Positions 13,678 through 30,800 of a DNA stretch of 64,000 nucleotides are shown here, one piece after another (position 1 is the stretch's first letter; each line of letters begins with the position of its first letter). A program made the position numbers and the translations under genes. The DNA lies in NCBI RefSeq assembly GCF_009914755.1, contig NC_060925.1. One strand, given 5' to 3'. This DNA comes from the human T2T-CHM13v2.0 reference genome, Homo sapiens. Below the pieces are notes generated by a model. It searched no databases, was not told where the DNA came from, and was given only the letters and a program-made list of their open reading frames with translations.

Positions 13678-15509
13678 TGAGTATCTCTAGTGCTGCTGGC
13701 GATGAGATGATTCAGTGTGGATGATTGATACCAAATGTATCATGGACAGTGAAGGCTGTGTAACAACACATATAGGTAGGCTCTGTTACAGGAGTTACAG
13801 TTCTAGGCCCAGTAAATCTTTTTTTTTTCACTGTGCAATTGAATTTTGGTTTTACCTATATAACATTTTCATCTGTATGAAATGTAAGCTCTATACAATT
13901 CTCCATTAGGACATTGTGTGGATTTTGGTGTTTCTGAATCTCTTCTGGCTCAGAAAATTCCCTGCTCTTGCTGGTATAATTTCATACCCAAAGAGGGCAT
14001 TCTAACCTTGAAAGAAGTTCAGCTCAGCAGAGCGTCTGTCATTGCCTTTCTCTGTAAACACAGTTTTCCTTCTTCCTTGGCTTCTCAGGTGTTTTAGCTC
14101 CAGGGAGGAAATAGTCACAGTGAAAATCTATTTAATAAAACCGTTATGAAAATGTACTCAACCTGAGCATGCACTGGAACAGCAGAAGATGAGGACTTGG
14201 TCTACTGCCTTCCCACCAAACCTTGCCGGCTCTGTAAATTTTCAGAGCTGTCACTTGTGAGCTATTTCCACCAAGGGAGAGCTTCTGTAAAGTTGGGGAC
14301 TTGGCAGGCCATTTCGCTAATTCTTTGGGTGTTCTTTTAGCATTGTCTGCAGTGAGTGTGGGAGTCAAAGGCCCTTCAGTGCAGAGATAATGCCATCTTG
14401 TTCCCTGGAACCCCGAAAGAGCCAGAGTCAAAGGAGCTTTTTGTTTCACTCATAGAAAAACCCACAGGAAATCCCAGCTTCAGATATTCCTATTCAGTTT
14501 CCTTGTCCCTTCAGATCTCACTGTGTTTAGGCCTCCTTTGAGTGAGGCAATAACTAGTAAAAAAAAATAAAATAAAATAAATGAAAGAATGCCATTCATG
14601 GTGGCTTGGGGACTGGGCACACACACTGTATACACGGTGTGGGGGCCTTCCCCGGGACGCTGATGTCCTTGTTCTCCTAGCAGTCAAAAATTGGCCAGTG
14701 AAATACAGAGAATACTAGCTACCTCATACTGTTAAGAGAATTGACTGCGGTCAGATGTGTAGAGTTTCAAGTACATACAGTTTCTGCCTCACTGTAGGCG
14801 CTCAATATTATTATTGAGGAGCTATTATTAGATTTCACATCTCTGCCAGCTCTTGTGTCACTTATTAAGCATATGACTGGGAATAAGCTATTTAATTCTC
14901 TTCGTCTGTAAGATAGGAAGTAATAATGCTTATTTTGTGGGCCTATTGTGAGGATCATGTAAGATGAAAGATAAAAGGGCTTAGCAAACGGTAGCATATT
15001 ACAGGTGGCCTGCAGCCTGCCGCTGTGCAGGTGACGTCCCACACAATGGTACTGGCCGAGGGGTGAATGGAGCCCTGGTGCTGAGGATGGCGAGCCTTTT
15101 TCTAATTCATCAGCTCAGAGGTGCCACCTTTTTCTAATTTACCCTCCCTAAGAGGACATCTTTTTATATTTTACCAGCCCACAGAAGATACCTTTTAAAA
15201 ATTTGCACAATGGTACCATATGTGCTAGCTGCAATTCTGTCAACAAGAGAAAGATGTTATTTTTAGTGTAGCAGACAGAGAATTCTGGAGAGGGCACATG
15301 GCATGCTTTATCTGGCTCCAACTTGGTCATTTCTGTTTAATTTCAATGATCTGATTGCCATAGAGTCAGAGGAGCAATTTTGCTATTGCCCAAATTCTAC
15401 ATTTTCACTAGGATTTTCCTTGAAGGCAAGGACTATAACCCCCACCCTGCCCATCACCTTGCTTGCTCACCACTGCCCTGTACATATCCTTCAGAATGGA
15501 CATTTGTTA

Positions 15510-16060
15510 ACAATGGGTAAGAGTGTAGGCTGGCCTTTCACTTACCTTCCTGTGCTTTGCTCTTTACTGCTAGGGCTAGCAGCCGGAAAGCTACATATCC
15601 CAGGCTTTCTCGCCAGCTCATTTGCTGTTAAATTCTGTTAATAGGAGGCACTGGTGGGAGACCAGTAAGACGGAGAGAAAAACTTCCTGATTCTGGGTTT
15701 TACTGTGAGGCCATTGCAAGCAGTTGCTGTAGTGATAGTAAGGAAGGGGTGAGTTGGAACATCAGCAACCCTGCAGGTAACCCCCTTATTGGGGCTCCAA
15801 TCTTAGTTGATGTAGCACTTCCTTGGTGGCTTCAGAGCCAAATGGCACAACCTCCTCAACAGTACAGCAGATTGAGAAGGCTGAGGGACATCGTTTAGGA
15901 GCATTAATGATGGGTGTCTAGCTATGACCCCCTTTTCCTTTTCACTTCTGTCCTCTCCTTCTCCTTTGTTCTCTTCTAGTTCTTTCTATATCTTTGTAAC
16001 AAATTCCCTATATTAAATTTCTTCTGCTTGAGATACTTGAAGTGGTCTTAGTTTCCCTGC
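15510..16060 (+). mobile_element. LTR33-like ERVL LTR
   Basis: gctacatatcccaggctttctcgccagc...ggaggcactggtgggaga and 3' ttgtaacaaattccctatattaaat match recalled LTR33 motifs. Confidence 0.65.
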
Positions 16061-17426
16061 ATTTAGCACGTGGACTCTCTGAATCTGTTGGGTGCTTAGG
16101 GCCTGGGTTTGTGCCCTAGGATCCTGTGACTGAATTCTTCCTTTCTCTTTCCATCCTCATCATGCATGCAGGATTGTCGCAGTAGCCTTTAAATAGATTT
16201 TCAGCCACCAGCCTCTTTCTGTTCACTGTGGACATTATTGGTAGTTTAATTTTTCTAAAAATCTATTTTCTGGATCCACATTTCTGCTCAAAACTCTATT
16301 TTTATGATAACTATTTAAGCATAGGTATAGTCATCTATGACCTAAACCCCAAAGGCAGGATCGTCACCATGGCCACCTTTTCTGTGATCCTAATAACAGA
16401 GAGATCTGTGTCAGAAGAGGATTGGTTGTTCTTTCACCCTGGCTAACTGGAAGGCAGGGAGCTCAGTGGTAGACACACCGGTCATCATGCTGGTGTGGGA
16501 AAGATTTCAAAGCCTGGCCATAGCTCCCACTGAAGCTCCTTTCTGCACCTTACTGCTTCCTTGTACAAGTCAAACCAGGGCCTTTAGAGCAGGGACCTTC
16601 ATTGCACTGCCCTCTCCTCGCCTCCCAAATGATAATATCCAGCTTTCAAGGTCTGCCTGATGTCCCAGGGTTAGGAGGGCAGAGACCAGGCAGTTTATGT
16701 CATGTCACTTCTTTTTTTTTTTTGTCTTTTAAAAAATTTATTATACTTTAAGGTCTGGGGTACATGTGCACAACATGCAGGTTTGTTACATAGGTATACA
16801 TGTGCTATGTTGGTTTGCTGCACCCACTAACTTGTCATTTACATTAGGTATTTCTCCTAATGCTATCCCTCCCCGCACCCCACGACAGGCCCCAGTGTGC
16901 GATGTTCCCTGTCCTGTGTCCAAGTGTTCTCATTGCTCAATTCCCACCTATGAGTGAGAACATGCACTGTTCGGTTTTCTGTCCTTGCGATAGTTTGCTG
17001 AGAATGATGGTTTCCAGCTTCATCCATGTCCTTGCAAAGGACATGAACTCATCCTTTTTTATGGCTGCGTAGTATTCCATGGTGTATATGTGCCACATTT
17101 TCTTTTCTTTTTTTTTTTTTAGAGATAACAATACTCACTTTCAACAATTTCTAGAACTACAGAGAAGAAAAACAAGGAAATAGAAGATTTGAGCAACACA
17201 ATTAACTAGACCTAACACACATCTACAGAACAGTCTATCCAACAATAGCAGAATATGTACTTTTCTTTTTTTTTTTTACAATAACAGTGTTATCATTTAT
17301 TATTTTGATTAACTCGTCATTTAGCATTAGGTATATCTCCTAATGCTATCCCTCCCCACTCCCCCCATGCCACAACAGTCCCTGGTGTGTGATGCTCCCC
17401 TTCCTGTGTCCATGTGTTCTCATTGT

Positions 17427-21309
<3,883 letters not shown>

Positions 21310-21372
21310 TATGATGTTAGCTGGTTATTTTACCTGTTAGTTGATGCAGTTTCTTCCTAGCATTGATGGTCT

Positions 21373-22397
21373 TTACAGTTTGGCATGTTTTTGCAGTGGC
21401 TGGTACCCGTTGTTCCTTTCCATGTTTAGTGCTTCCTTCAGGAGCTCTTGTAAGGCAGACCTAGTGGTAACAAAATCTCTGAGCATTTGCTTGTCTGTAA
21501 AGGATTCTATTTCTCCTTCACTTATGAAGCTTAGTTTGGCTGGATATGAAATTCTGGGCTGAAAATTCATTTCTTTAAGAATATTGAATATTGGCCCCCA
21601 CTCTCTTCTGGCTTGTAGAGTTTCTGCTGAGATATCCACTGTTAGTCATCAGACTTCCCTTTGTGGGTAACCCGACCTTTCTCTCTGGCTGCACTTAACA
21701 TTTTTTCCTTCATTTCAACCTTGGTGAATCTGACAATTATATGTCTTGGGGTTGCTCTTCTTGAGGAGTATCTTTGTGGTGTTCTCTGTATTTCCTGAAT
21801 TTGAATGTTGGCCTGCCTTGCTAGGTTGGGGAACTTCTCCTGGATAGTATCCTGCAGAGTGTTTTCCAACTTGGTTCCATTCTCCCCGTCACTTTCAGGT
21901 ACACCAGTCAAACGTAGATTTGGTCTTTTCACATAGTCTCATATTTCTTGGAGGCTTTATTTGTTTCTTTTTACTCTTTTTTCTCTAAACTTCTCTTCTC
22001 GCCTTATTTCATTAATTTGATCTTCAGTCGCTGATACCCTTTCTTCCACTTGGTCAAATCAGCTATTGAAGCTTGTGCATGCGTCATGTAGTTCTTGTGC
22101 CATGGTTTTCAGCTTCATCAGTTCATTTATGGTCTTCTCTACACTGTTTATTCTAGTTAGCCATTTGTCTAATTTTTTTTCAAGGGTTTTAGCTTCCTAG
22201 CAATGGGTTCAAATGTCCTCCTTTAGCTCGGAGAAGTTTGTTATTACTGACCTTCTGAAGTCTACTTGTGTCAGCTCGTCAAAGTCATTCTCTGTCCAGC
22301 TTTGTTCTGTTGCTGGCGAGGAGCTGTGATCCTTTGGAGGAGAAGAGGTGCTCTGGTTTTTAGGATTTTCAGCTTTTCTGCTCTGGTTTCTCCCCAT
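21373..22397 (-). pseudogene. L1 ORF1, disrupted
   Basis: Fragments MGRNQSRKAEN..., KRPNLRLTGVPE..., ...YPAKLSFISEGEI...QKHAKL. Confidence 0.92.
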
Positions 22398-23984
22398 CTT
22401 TGTGGTTTTATCTACCTTTGGTCTTTGAAGATGGTGACCTACAGATGGGGTTTTGGTGTGGATGTCCTTTTTGTTGATGTTGATGCTATTCCTTTCTGTT
22501 TGTTAGTTTTCCTTCTAACAATCAGGTCTCTCAGCTGCAGGTCTGTTGGAGTTTGCTGGAGGTCCACTCCAGACCCTGTTTGCCTGGGTATCACCAGTGG
22601 AGGCTGCAGAACAGCAAATATTGCAGAACAGTAAATATTGCTGCCTGATCCTTCCTCTGGAGGCGTTGTCCCAGAGAGGTGCCCGCCTGTATGAGGTGTC
22701 AGTCGGCCCCTACTTGGAGGTGTCTCTCAGTTAGGCTACACAGGGGTCAGGGAGCCACTTGAGGAGGCAGTCTGTCTGTTCTCATAGCTCAAACACCATG
22801 CTGGGAGAACCACTGCTCTCTTCAGAGCTGTCAGATAGGGACGTTTAAGTCTGCAGAAGTTTCTGCTGCCTTTTGTTCAGCTATGCCCTGCCCCTAGAGC
22901 TGGGGTCTACAGAGGCAGCAGGCCTTGGAGAGCTGCGGTGGGCTCCGCCCAGTTCAAGCTTCTCCAGCCGCTTTGTTTACCTACTCAAGCCTCAGCAATG
23001 GCAGATGCCCCTCCCTCTGCCAGGCTGTTGCCTCGCAGGTCGATCTCAGACTGCTGAGCTAGCAGTGAGCAAGGCTCCATGGGTGTGGGACCTGCTGAGC
23101 CAGGCACAGGATGTAATCTCTTGGTGTGCTGTTTGCTAAGACCATTGGAAAAACGCAGTATTTGGGTGAGAGTGTCCTAATTTTCCAGGTACAGTCTGTC
23201 ACAGCTTGCCTTGGCTAGGAAAGGGAAATCCCCTGACCCCTTGTGCTTCCTGGGTGAGATAATGCCCCGCCCTGCTTCGGCTCACCCTGTGTGGGCTGCA
23301 CCCACTCTCCAACCAGTCCCAATGAGATAAACAGGTACCTCAGTTGGAAATGCAGAAATCACCATCTTCTGCATCGATCATGCTGGGAGCTGCAGACCAG
23401 AGCTGTTCCTATTTGGCCATCTTGGAACAGAATGCATCATGTCACTTCTTATACATGAATGAGAATAACTGTGAAATGTGCACATGTGCTCTGAGCCTAG
23501 ATAAGATTGTTACTATCATGTTATATTGTTATTATTGTGTTATTATCGTTATTATCATGTTATTTTCTTACCCATAGGTTTTCCAACTTGCTTGAAGTAA
23601 TGCTTTCAGGATACTCAATATTGAATATTCAATACTGATGGGAAAACTTTCTTAAAGGAAATGGACATTACAGGGTCAACTGGAGGAAAAATAACACATT
23701 TACTGCTCAAACATAGCTTGTTGTTTTTATATTTAAAAACATAGGCATTGTAAAAAGTCAAACAAGCCTGAAAAATGTATGGGAGAAGATGAAATGATCA
23801 CTGAAGTCACATATTCCTCACTGTTAATGATTTAGGGAACATCCTTCTAGAAGGTTCACAGAGCCATACAACTTTACCGAAATGGGATTATGTTGCATCT
23901 TGTTTTCCAACCTAATTTTTTCCCACTTAGTAGTATAGCACAGATATGTTTTCATGTCAACCAGTATGACTTTACACTGTTATT

Positions 23985-24284
23985 TCTTTCTTCTTTTTTT
24001 TCTGAGATGGAGGCTCGCTCTGTCGCCCAGGCTGGAGTGCAGTGGCACGATTTTGGCTCACTGCAACCTCCACCTACCTGGTTCAAGCGATTGTTCTGTC
24101 TCAGCCTCCTGAGTAGCTAGGATTACAGGTGCCTGCCACCACACCTGGCTAATTTTTGTATTTTTAATAGAGACGGGGTTTCACCATGTTGGCCAGGCTG
24201 GTCTTGAACTCCTGACATCCGGTGATCTGCCCGCCTTGGCCTCCCAAAGGGAGGGATTACAGGTGTGAGCCACTGTGCCCGGCC
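23985..24284 (-). mobile_element. AluS SINE within an old L1M 3' fragment
   Basis: Full Alu dimer; flanks (cccacttagtagtatagc, acacagtattccat) resemble an L1ME 3' region. Confidence 0.88.
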
Positions 24285-24389
24285 TAATGGTTACACAGTA
24301 TTCCATGCTGACACCATAATTTACTCATCCAGTTACATTAAATTGGAATGTTCATAGTTGTTGACCTTTAGAACATGCCAGTATTAAGT

Positions 24390-24830
24390 TTTTGTATTTA
24401 AGGTGATGCTAGTTCTAAAGCATATATTCTGAAATCTCAGTGGCTTAACACCTCAGAAGTTTATTTCTCCTTATGTAAAGTTTAGGTTCTCTCCATTTGC
24501 TGATGGTTACCTTGAGGTACCAGGCTTGCGTGGAGGGGCTGCTGTGCCTTGCATGGCCATGCAGGGACTCAGGCCCTCTCCAGCGTGTGGTTTGCAAGGT
24601 TGCCCTGGCCCTTGCTGCTTAGCTGGCTGATAGTGGAAGAGAAAGTGAAGAAGATGTCACAGGAGGTTTTAATGGATCAGAACTGGAAGTGGCAGATACT
24701 GCTTCTGCCCCCATTCCATTGGCCAGAATGTCACATGGCCATACAAAACTGCAAGGGAGGCTGGGAAATGCCACTCATCTGTGTGTGTGGGAGGAAAGGA
24801 AATACATTTGGTGAATACTAGCTAGTCTCT
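24390..24830. mobile_element. Old MaLR LTR (MLT1J/K-like), probably followed by internal sequence to about 26300
   Basis: aaatctcagtggcttaaca and ccattggccagaatgtcacatggcc...ctgcaagggaggctgggaaatg motifs. Confidence 0.65.
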
Positions 24831-25524
24831 AACAGAGCTTCCCCTACTGTTTACCAAATTCCTGTTTTGCTTTTCCCCTCACACACAGAACACACCCCTC
24901 CCAGAGTGAGGGACCCTAAGTCCCATCCAGCCCTGGCACCTTGCTTAGTCACTGTTCAGGATCTCTGGGTGATGTGCTGTCTTCCCCATCACATCTAAAT
25001 GAGGATCCTTGTGGTTTGATGACTTATGAACTAGAAGAGAATAAAGTTATTTGCCTCCTCCCTAGCGCCTCCCAATTTTCAATGAAGCAGGGAAGCATTG
25101 TAACATTAGAAGCTCCCATTTAGAACAGAGTAAAGAGCGGGCAGCACAGTCATCACAGGCCCAAAGCAACAATGGAATCCAGTTGGGTGGGCAAGGTGGA
25201 GGTTCTCAACCAGAGGGTGGGAGAACTTTCTTGATTAGACCTTGATTTTGCCAGAAAAGGCAATCTCTTCTCAGTTGGTCTCCATGGTCCGAGCTCTGTC
25301 CTGGCAAGTTCCTTCTTGCACTTTATTCTCAATGGCTACGTTTGAAGTGATTGCAGGGGAGTCCGCCATCTTAGGAGGGTACACAGCTTTGCAGCCCTCT
25401 AGTGCCCTGCTGTTGTTTCAAGGCTCAAATAGACAAACGTCTTTAAAAAATTTTATTTTTAGTCCAGGCTCATGGTTTCTTTGGCCATACATTTATGTCA
25501 AAAATTTGATAGGATTCTGTTTTT

Positions 25525-25945
25525 TTTTTAAATTAATTACTTTTATTTTTGACAAATAATTTACATATTTATGGGGTACAATGTGAAGCTTTCATATATT
25601 TATTCACTATGAAATGATTAAACCAAGCTAATTAACATATCCATCATTTCACGTGTGTGTGTGGTATGAAATTTTTGTGTGTGTGTGGTATGAAATTCTT
25701 AGCAATTTTGAAATATATTGCATTATTATTAACTATAGTCACCATGCTGTGGAATAAATCTTAAGAACTTATTCCTTCTGTCTAACTGAAGCTTTGTATA
25801 CTTTGACTAACATCTTCCCATCCACTTCTACCCTTGCCCCAGCCCCTGCTAACCACCATTCTATTCTCTACTTCCGACTTTTTTTAGATTACACCTGTAA
25901 CTGAGATCATGCAGTATTTTTCTTTCTGTGCTTGGATTACTTGTT
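25525..25945 (-). mobile_element. L1MA 3' end fragment
   Basis: catatttatggggtacaatgtg...aagctaattaacatatccatca; contains a 21-bp tandem duplication at 25653-25697. Confidence 0.8.
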
Positions 25946-26305
25946 TCTGTTCTGTTTTCTTCCCTTAAGTTTTTTATGCCAATAGCAAATCCCTAAGTTT
26001 TTTTCCTAGATATTATTACCAAGCTTGAATTATTATATTACTTTCTCACCCTAATACCCTTTTCTGTCAATGAGATGGTGACTTCCTTGAGGCCTTCAGG
26101 GTCAGATGGGAAGGCAAAATTCTTAATTAGCTCTTTGCTACAAGGCTGAATCTTTTACCTGTGTCACTCAAAAGCCTTTTCAATCTTGTTTCTTACTCCT
26201 CAGACTTTAGAAGCAGTCATTTCTTCCAAGGCTTTACACTCAGAAGTTTCTGGACAAACATCTGGACTCTATTCCCTTTCATTTTATGCTTGCAAACCAA
26301 CAAAT

Positions 26306-27810
26306 TCTTTTTTTAAAAAAGTATTTTAATAGCTTTAGGAGTACAAGTGGTTTTTGCTTACATGGATGAATGGTATAGTCCTGAAGTCTGAAATTTTAGT
26401 GTACCCAAGTTGCGTACATTGTGCCCAATATGTAACTTTTAAAGTCGCCCCTCCCACACTCCCCTATTCTGAGTCTCTAAAGTCCATTATATCACTTTGT
26501 GTGCCTTTGTGTATCCATAGCTTAGCTCCCATTTACCAATGAGAAAGTACAGTGTTTGGTTTTCCACTCCTGAGTTAGTTCACTTAGAATAATGGCATTC
26601 AGTTCCATCTGAGTTGCTGTAAAATACATTATTTCATTCTTTTTTATGGCTAACTAGTATTCCATGGTGTATATATACCACATTTTCTTCATCCACTCAT
26701 TGATTGATGGGCACTTAGGTTGGTTCCATAGCTTTGCAATTGTGAATTGTGCTGTGATAATCATATGCATGCAGGTGTCTTTTTGATGTAATGACTTCTT
26801 TTCCTTTGGGTACCTAGTCCAGTAGTGGGATTGCTGGATTGAATGGTAGATCTACTTTTAGTTCTTTGAGAAATCTCCATACTGTTTTCCATAGAGGTTA
26901 TACTGATTTATGTTACCACCAGAAGTATATAAGCTTTTCCTTTTCACCATATCCATGCCAACATCTCTTGTTTTTTGACTTTTTAATAAAGGGCCATTCT
27001 GTTTGGGATAAGGTGGTTTCTCATTGTGGTTTTAATTTGCATTCCCTGATGATTAGTGATGGTGAGCAGTTTTTCGTATGTTTCTTGGCCATTTGTATAT
27101 GTTATTTTGAGAAATGTATATTCATGTCATTTGCCCACTTTTTAAAGGGATTTTTTCCCCTTGCTGATTTGTTTGAGTTCTTTGTAGATTCTGGGTATTA
27201 GTCTGTTGTCGGATGCATAGTTTGCAAATATTTTCTCCCATTCTGTGAGTTGTGTGTTTACTCTAATGATTATTTCTTTTGCTGTGTGGAGCATTTTAGT
27301 TTAAGTCTTATTTATTTATCTTTGTGTTGGTTGTTTTTGGGGTCTTAGTTATAAATTCTTTGCCTAGGCTACTATCCAAAATAATTTTTCCTAGGTTTTG
27401 TTCTAGAATTTTTATGGTTTCAAGTCTTAGATTTAAGTCTGTAATCCATCTTGAGTTGATTTTTGTGTATAGTGAGAGATAGAGATCCAGTTTCATTCTT
27501 CTACATGTTGCTATTTAGTTTTCCCAGCACCATTTATTGAATAGCATGTCCTTTCTTCAATTTATGTTTGTATATGCTTTGTTGACGATCAGTTGGTTGT
27601 AACTATTTGGCTTTATTTCTGGGTTCTCTATTCTATTCTATTTGTCTATGTATCTACTTTTATACCAATACCATGCTATTCTGATTACAATAGCCTTGCA
27701 GTATAATTTGGAGTCAGTTATTGTGATGCATCCAGATTTGTTCTTTTTGCTCAGGATTACTTTGGCTGTCTGTGCTCTTTTTTTGGTTCTATATGAATTT
27801 TAGGATTGTT
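26306..27810 (-). mobile_element. L1PB 3' fragment
   Basis: L1PB-type 3'UTR (gtacaagtggtttttgcttacatggatgaa) plus ORF2 remnants (ORF 27308..27496). Confidence 0.85.
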
Positions 27811-27812
27811 CG

Positions 27813-30800
27813 TTCTTTCTTTTTCTTTTCTTCAACTTTTATTTTAAGTTCATGGGTACATGTGGAGGATGTGCAGGTTTGTTACACAAGTAAACGTGTG
27901 CCATGGTGGTTTGCTGCACAGATCATCCTATCAACTAGGTATTAAGCCCAGCATCAATTAGCTATTCTTCCTGATGCTCTCCCTCCCACCCACTGCCCAC
28001 TGATAGTTCCCAGTGTGTGCTGTTCCCCTCTATGTGTCCATGTATTTTCATCATTTAGTTCCCACTTATAGATGAGAGCATGCATTCTTTGGTTTTCTGT
28101 TCCTGTGTTAGTTTCTGGAGGATAATGGCTTCCAACTCCGACTCCATCCATATCCCTGCAAAGGACATGATCTTGTTCCTTTTTATGGCTGCATAGTATT
28201 CCATAGTGTATATGCACCACATTTATTTATCCAGTCCATCATTGATGGGCATTTAGATTGATTTTATATCTTTGGTATTGTGAAAAATGCTGCAATGAAC
28301 ATACACATGCATGTATCTTTATAACACAATGATTTATATTTTTTGGGGTGTATACCCCGTAATGGGATTGATGAGTCAAATGGTACGCCTCTAGGTCTTT
28401 GAGGAATCACTACACTGTCTTCCACAATGGTTGAACTAATTTACACTCCCACCAACAATGTAAAAGCATTTCTTTTTCTCCACAACCTCACCAGCATCTG
28501 TTGTTTTTTGACATCTTAGTAACAGCCATTCTGACTGGTGTTAGATCGTATCTTATTGTGGTTTTTATTTGCATTTCTCTAATGATCAGTTATGTTGAGC
28601 GTTTTGTCATGTTTGTTGGCTGGATGTATGTCTTCTTTTGAAAAGTGTCTGATGATAGTTTCTTTTGCTGTGCAGAAGCTCTTTAGTTTAATTAGATACC
28701 ATTTGTAGGTTTTTGCTTTTGTTGCAGTTGCTTTGGTGTTTTCATCATGAAATCTTTGTCCATGCCTATGTCCTGAATGGTATTGCCTTGGTTGTCTTGC
28801 AGCATTTTTATAGTTTTGGGTTTTACACTTAAGTCTTTAATCCATCTTGAATTGATTTTTGCTTAAGGTGTAAGGGATGGGTCCAGTTTCAATTTTCTGC
28901 ATATGGCTAGCCAGCTCTCTCAGCACCATTTATTAAATATGGAGTCCTTTCCCCATTGCTTGTTTTTGTCTAGTTTGTTGAAGATCAGATGGTTGTAGGT
29001 GTTGGGTCTTATTTCTGAGTTCTGTATTCTGTTCCATTGGTCTATGTGTCTGTTCCTGTACCAATACCCTGCTGTTTTGGTTACTGTAGCCTTGCAGTAT
29101 AGTTTGAAGTTGGGTAGCCATGATGCCTCCAGCTTTGTTCTTTTTGATTATGATTGTCTTGGCCATTTGGGATTTGTTGGTTCCACATGAATTTTAAAAT
29201 AGTTTTTTCTAATTCTGTGAAGAATGTCAATGGTAGTTTAATGGGAATAGCATTGAATCTATAAATTGCTTTGGGCAGTATGGCTATTTTCATGATATTG
29301 ATTCTTCCTGTTCATGAGCATGGAATGTTTCTCCATTTGTTTGTGTCCTGTACGATTTCTTTGAGCAATGGTTTGTAGTTCTCCTTGAAGAGGTCCTTCA
29401 CTTCCCTTGTTAGCTGTATTCCTAGTTATTTTATTCTTTTTGTAGTAATTGTGAATGGGAGTTCATTTATGATTTGGCTCTTTGATTGCCTGTTGTTGGT
29501 GTGTAGGAATGCTAGCAATTTTTGCACATTGATTTTGTATCCTGAGACTGCTGAAGTTGCTTATCAGCTTAAAAAGCTTTTGGGCTGAGATGATGGGGTT
29601 TTCTAGATATAGGATCATGTCATCTGCAAACAAAGATAATTTGACTTCCTCTCTTCCTATTTGAACACTCTTTATTTTGTTCTCTTATCTGATTGCCCTG
29701 GCCAGAACTTCCAATACTATGTTGAATAGGAGTGGCGAGAGAGGACATCTTGTTTTGGGCTGTTTTTCAAGGGGAATGCTTCCAGCTTTTGCCCAGTCAG
29801 TATGATATTGGCTGTGGGTTTGTCATATATGGCTCTTATTATTTTGAGGTATGTTCCTTCAATACCTAGTTTATTGAGAATTTTTAACATGAAGGGATGC
29901 CAGATTTTATCGAAGGCCTTTTCTGCATATATTGAGATAATCATGTGGTTTTTGTCTTTAGTTCTGTTTATGTGATGAATCACATTTATTGATTTGCATA
30001 TGTTGAACCAACTTTGTATCCTGGAGATGAAGCCAACTTGATTCTAGTGGATAAGCTTTTTGATGTGCTGCTGCATTCAGTTTGTCAGTATTTTATTGAA
30101 GGTTTTTGCATTGATGTTCATTAAGGATATCGGCCTGAGGTTTTCTTTTTTTTTGTTGTATCTCTGCCAGGTTTTGGTATCAGGATGATGCTGGCCTCAT
30201 AGAATAAATTGGGGATGAGTCCCTCCTTTTCAATTTTTTGGAATAATTTCAGTAAAAATGATACCCCTTTTTCTTTGTACCTCTGGTAGAATTCAGCTGT
30301 GAATCTGTCTGTTCCTGGGCTTTTTTTGGTTGGTAAGCTATTTATTACTGTCTCAATTTCAGAACTCATTATTGGTCTATTCAGAGATTCAATTTCTTCC
30401 TGGTTCAGTCTTGGGAGGGTGTATGTGTCTAGGAATTTATCCATTTCTTCTAGATTTTTTAGTCTATGTGCATAGAGGTGTTTACAGTATTTTCTGATGG
30501 TTGTTTGTATTTCTGTGGGGTTAGTGGTGATATCTCCCTTAACATTTTCTATTGTATCTATTTGATTCTTCTCTCTTTTCCTCTTTGTTAGTCTAGCAAG
30601 TGATCTATTTTATTATTTTTTTCAAAAAACCAGTTTCTGGATTTGTTGATTTTTTTGAAGGGTTTTTTGTGTCTCTGTCTTCTTCACTTATTATGCCCTC
30701 ATCCTGGTTATTTCTTGTCTTCTAGCTTTGGAGTTTGTTTGCTCTTGGTTCTCTAGTTCTTTAGTTGAGATGTTAGGTTGTTAACTTGAGATCTTTCTAG

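Noticed and set aside
12557-13724. Overlapping ORFs up to 180 aa
   Set aside because: All lie inside GC-rich LTR12C, where stop codons are scarce
15095-15139. 13-bp direct repeat cctttttctaatt around 19 bp
   Set aside because: Low complexity; no tail or element between the copies to support an insertion
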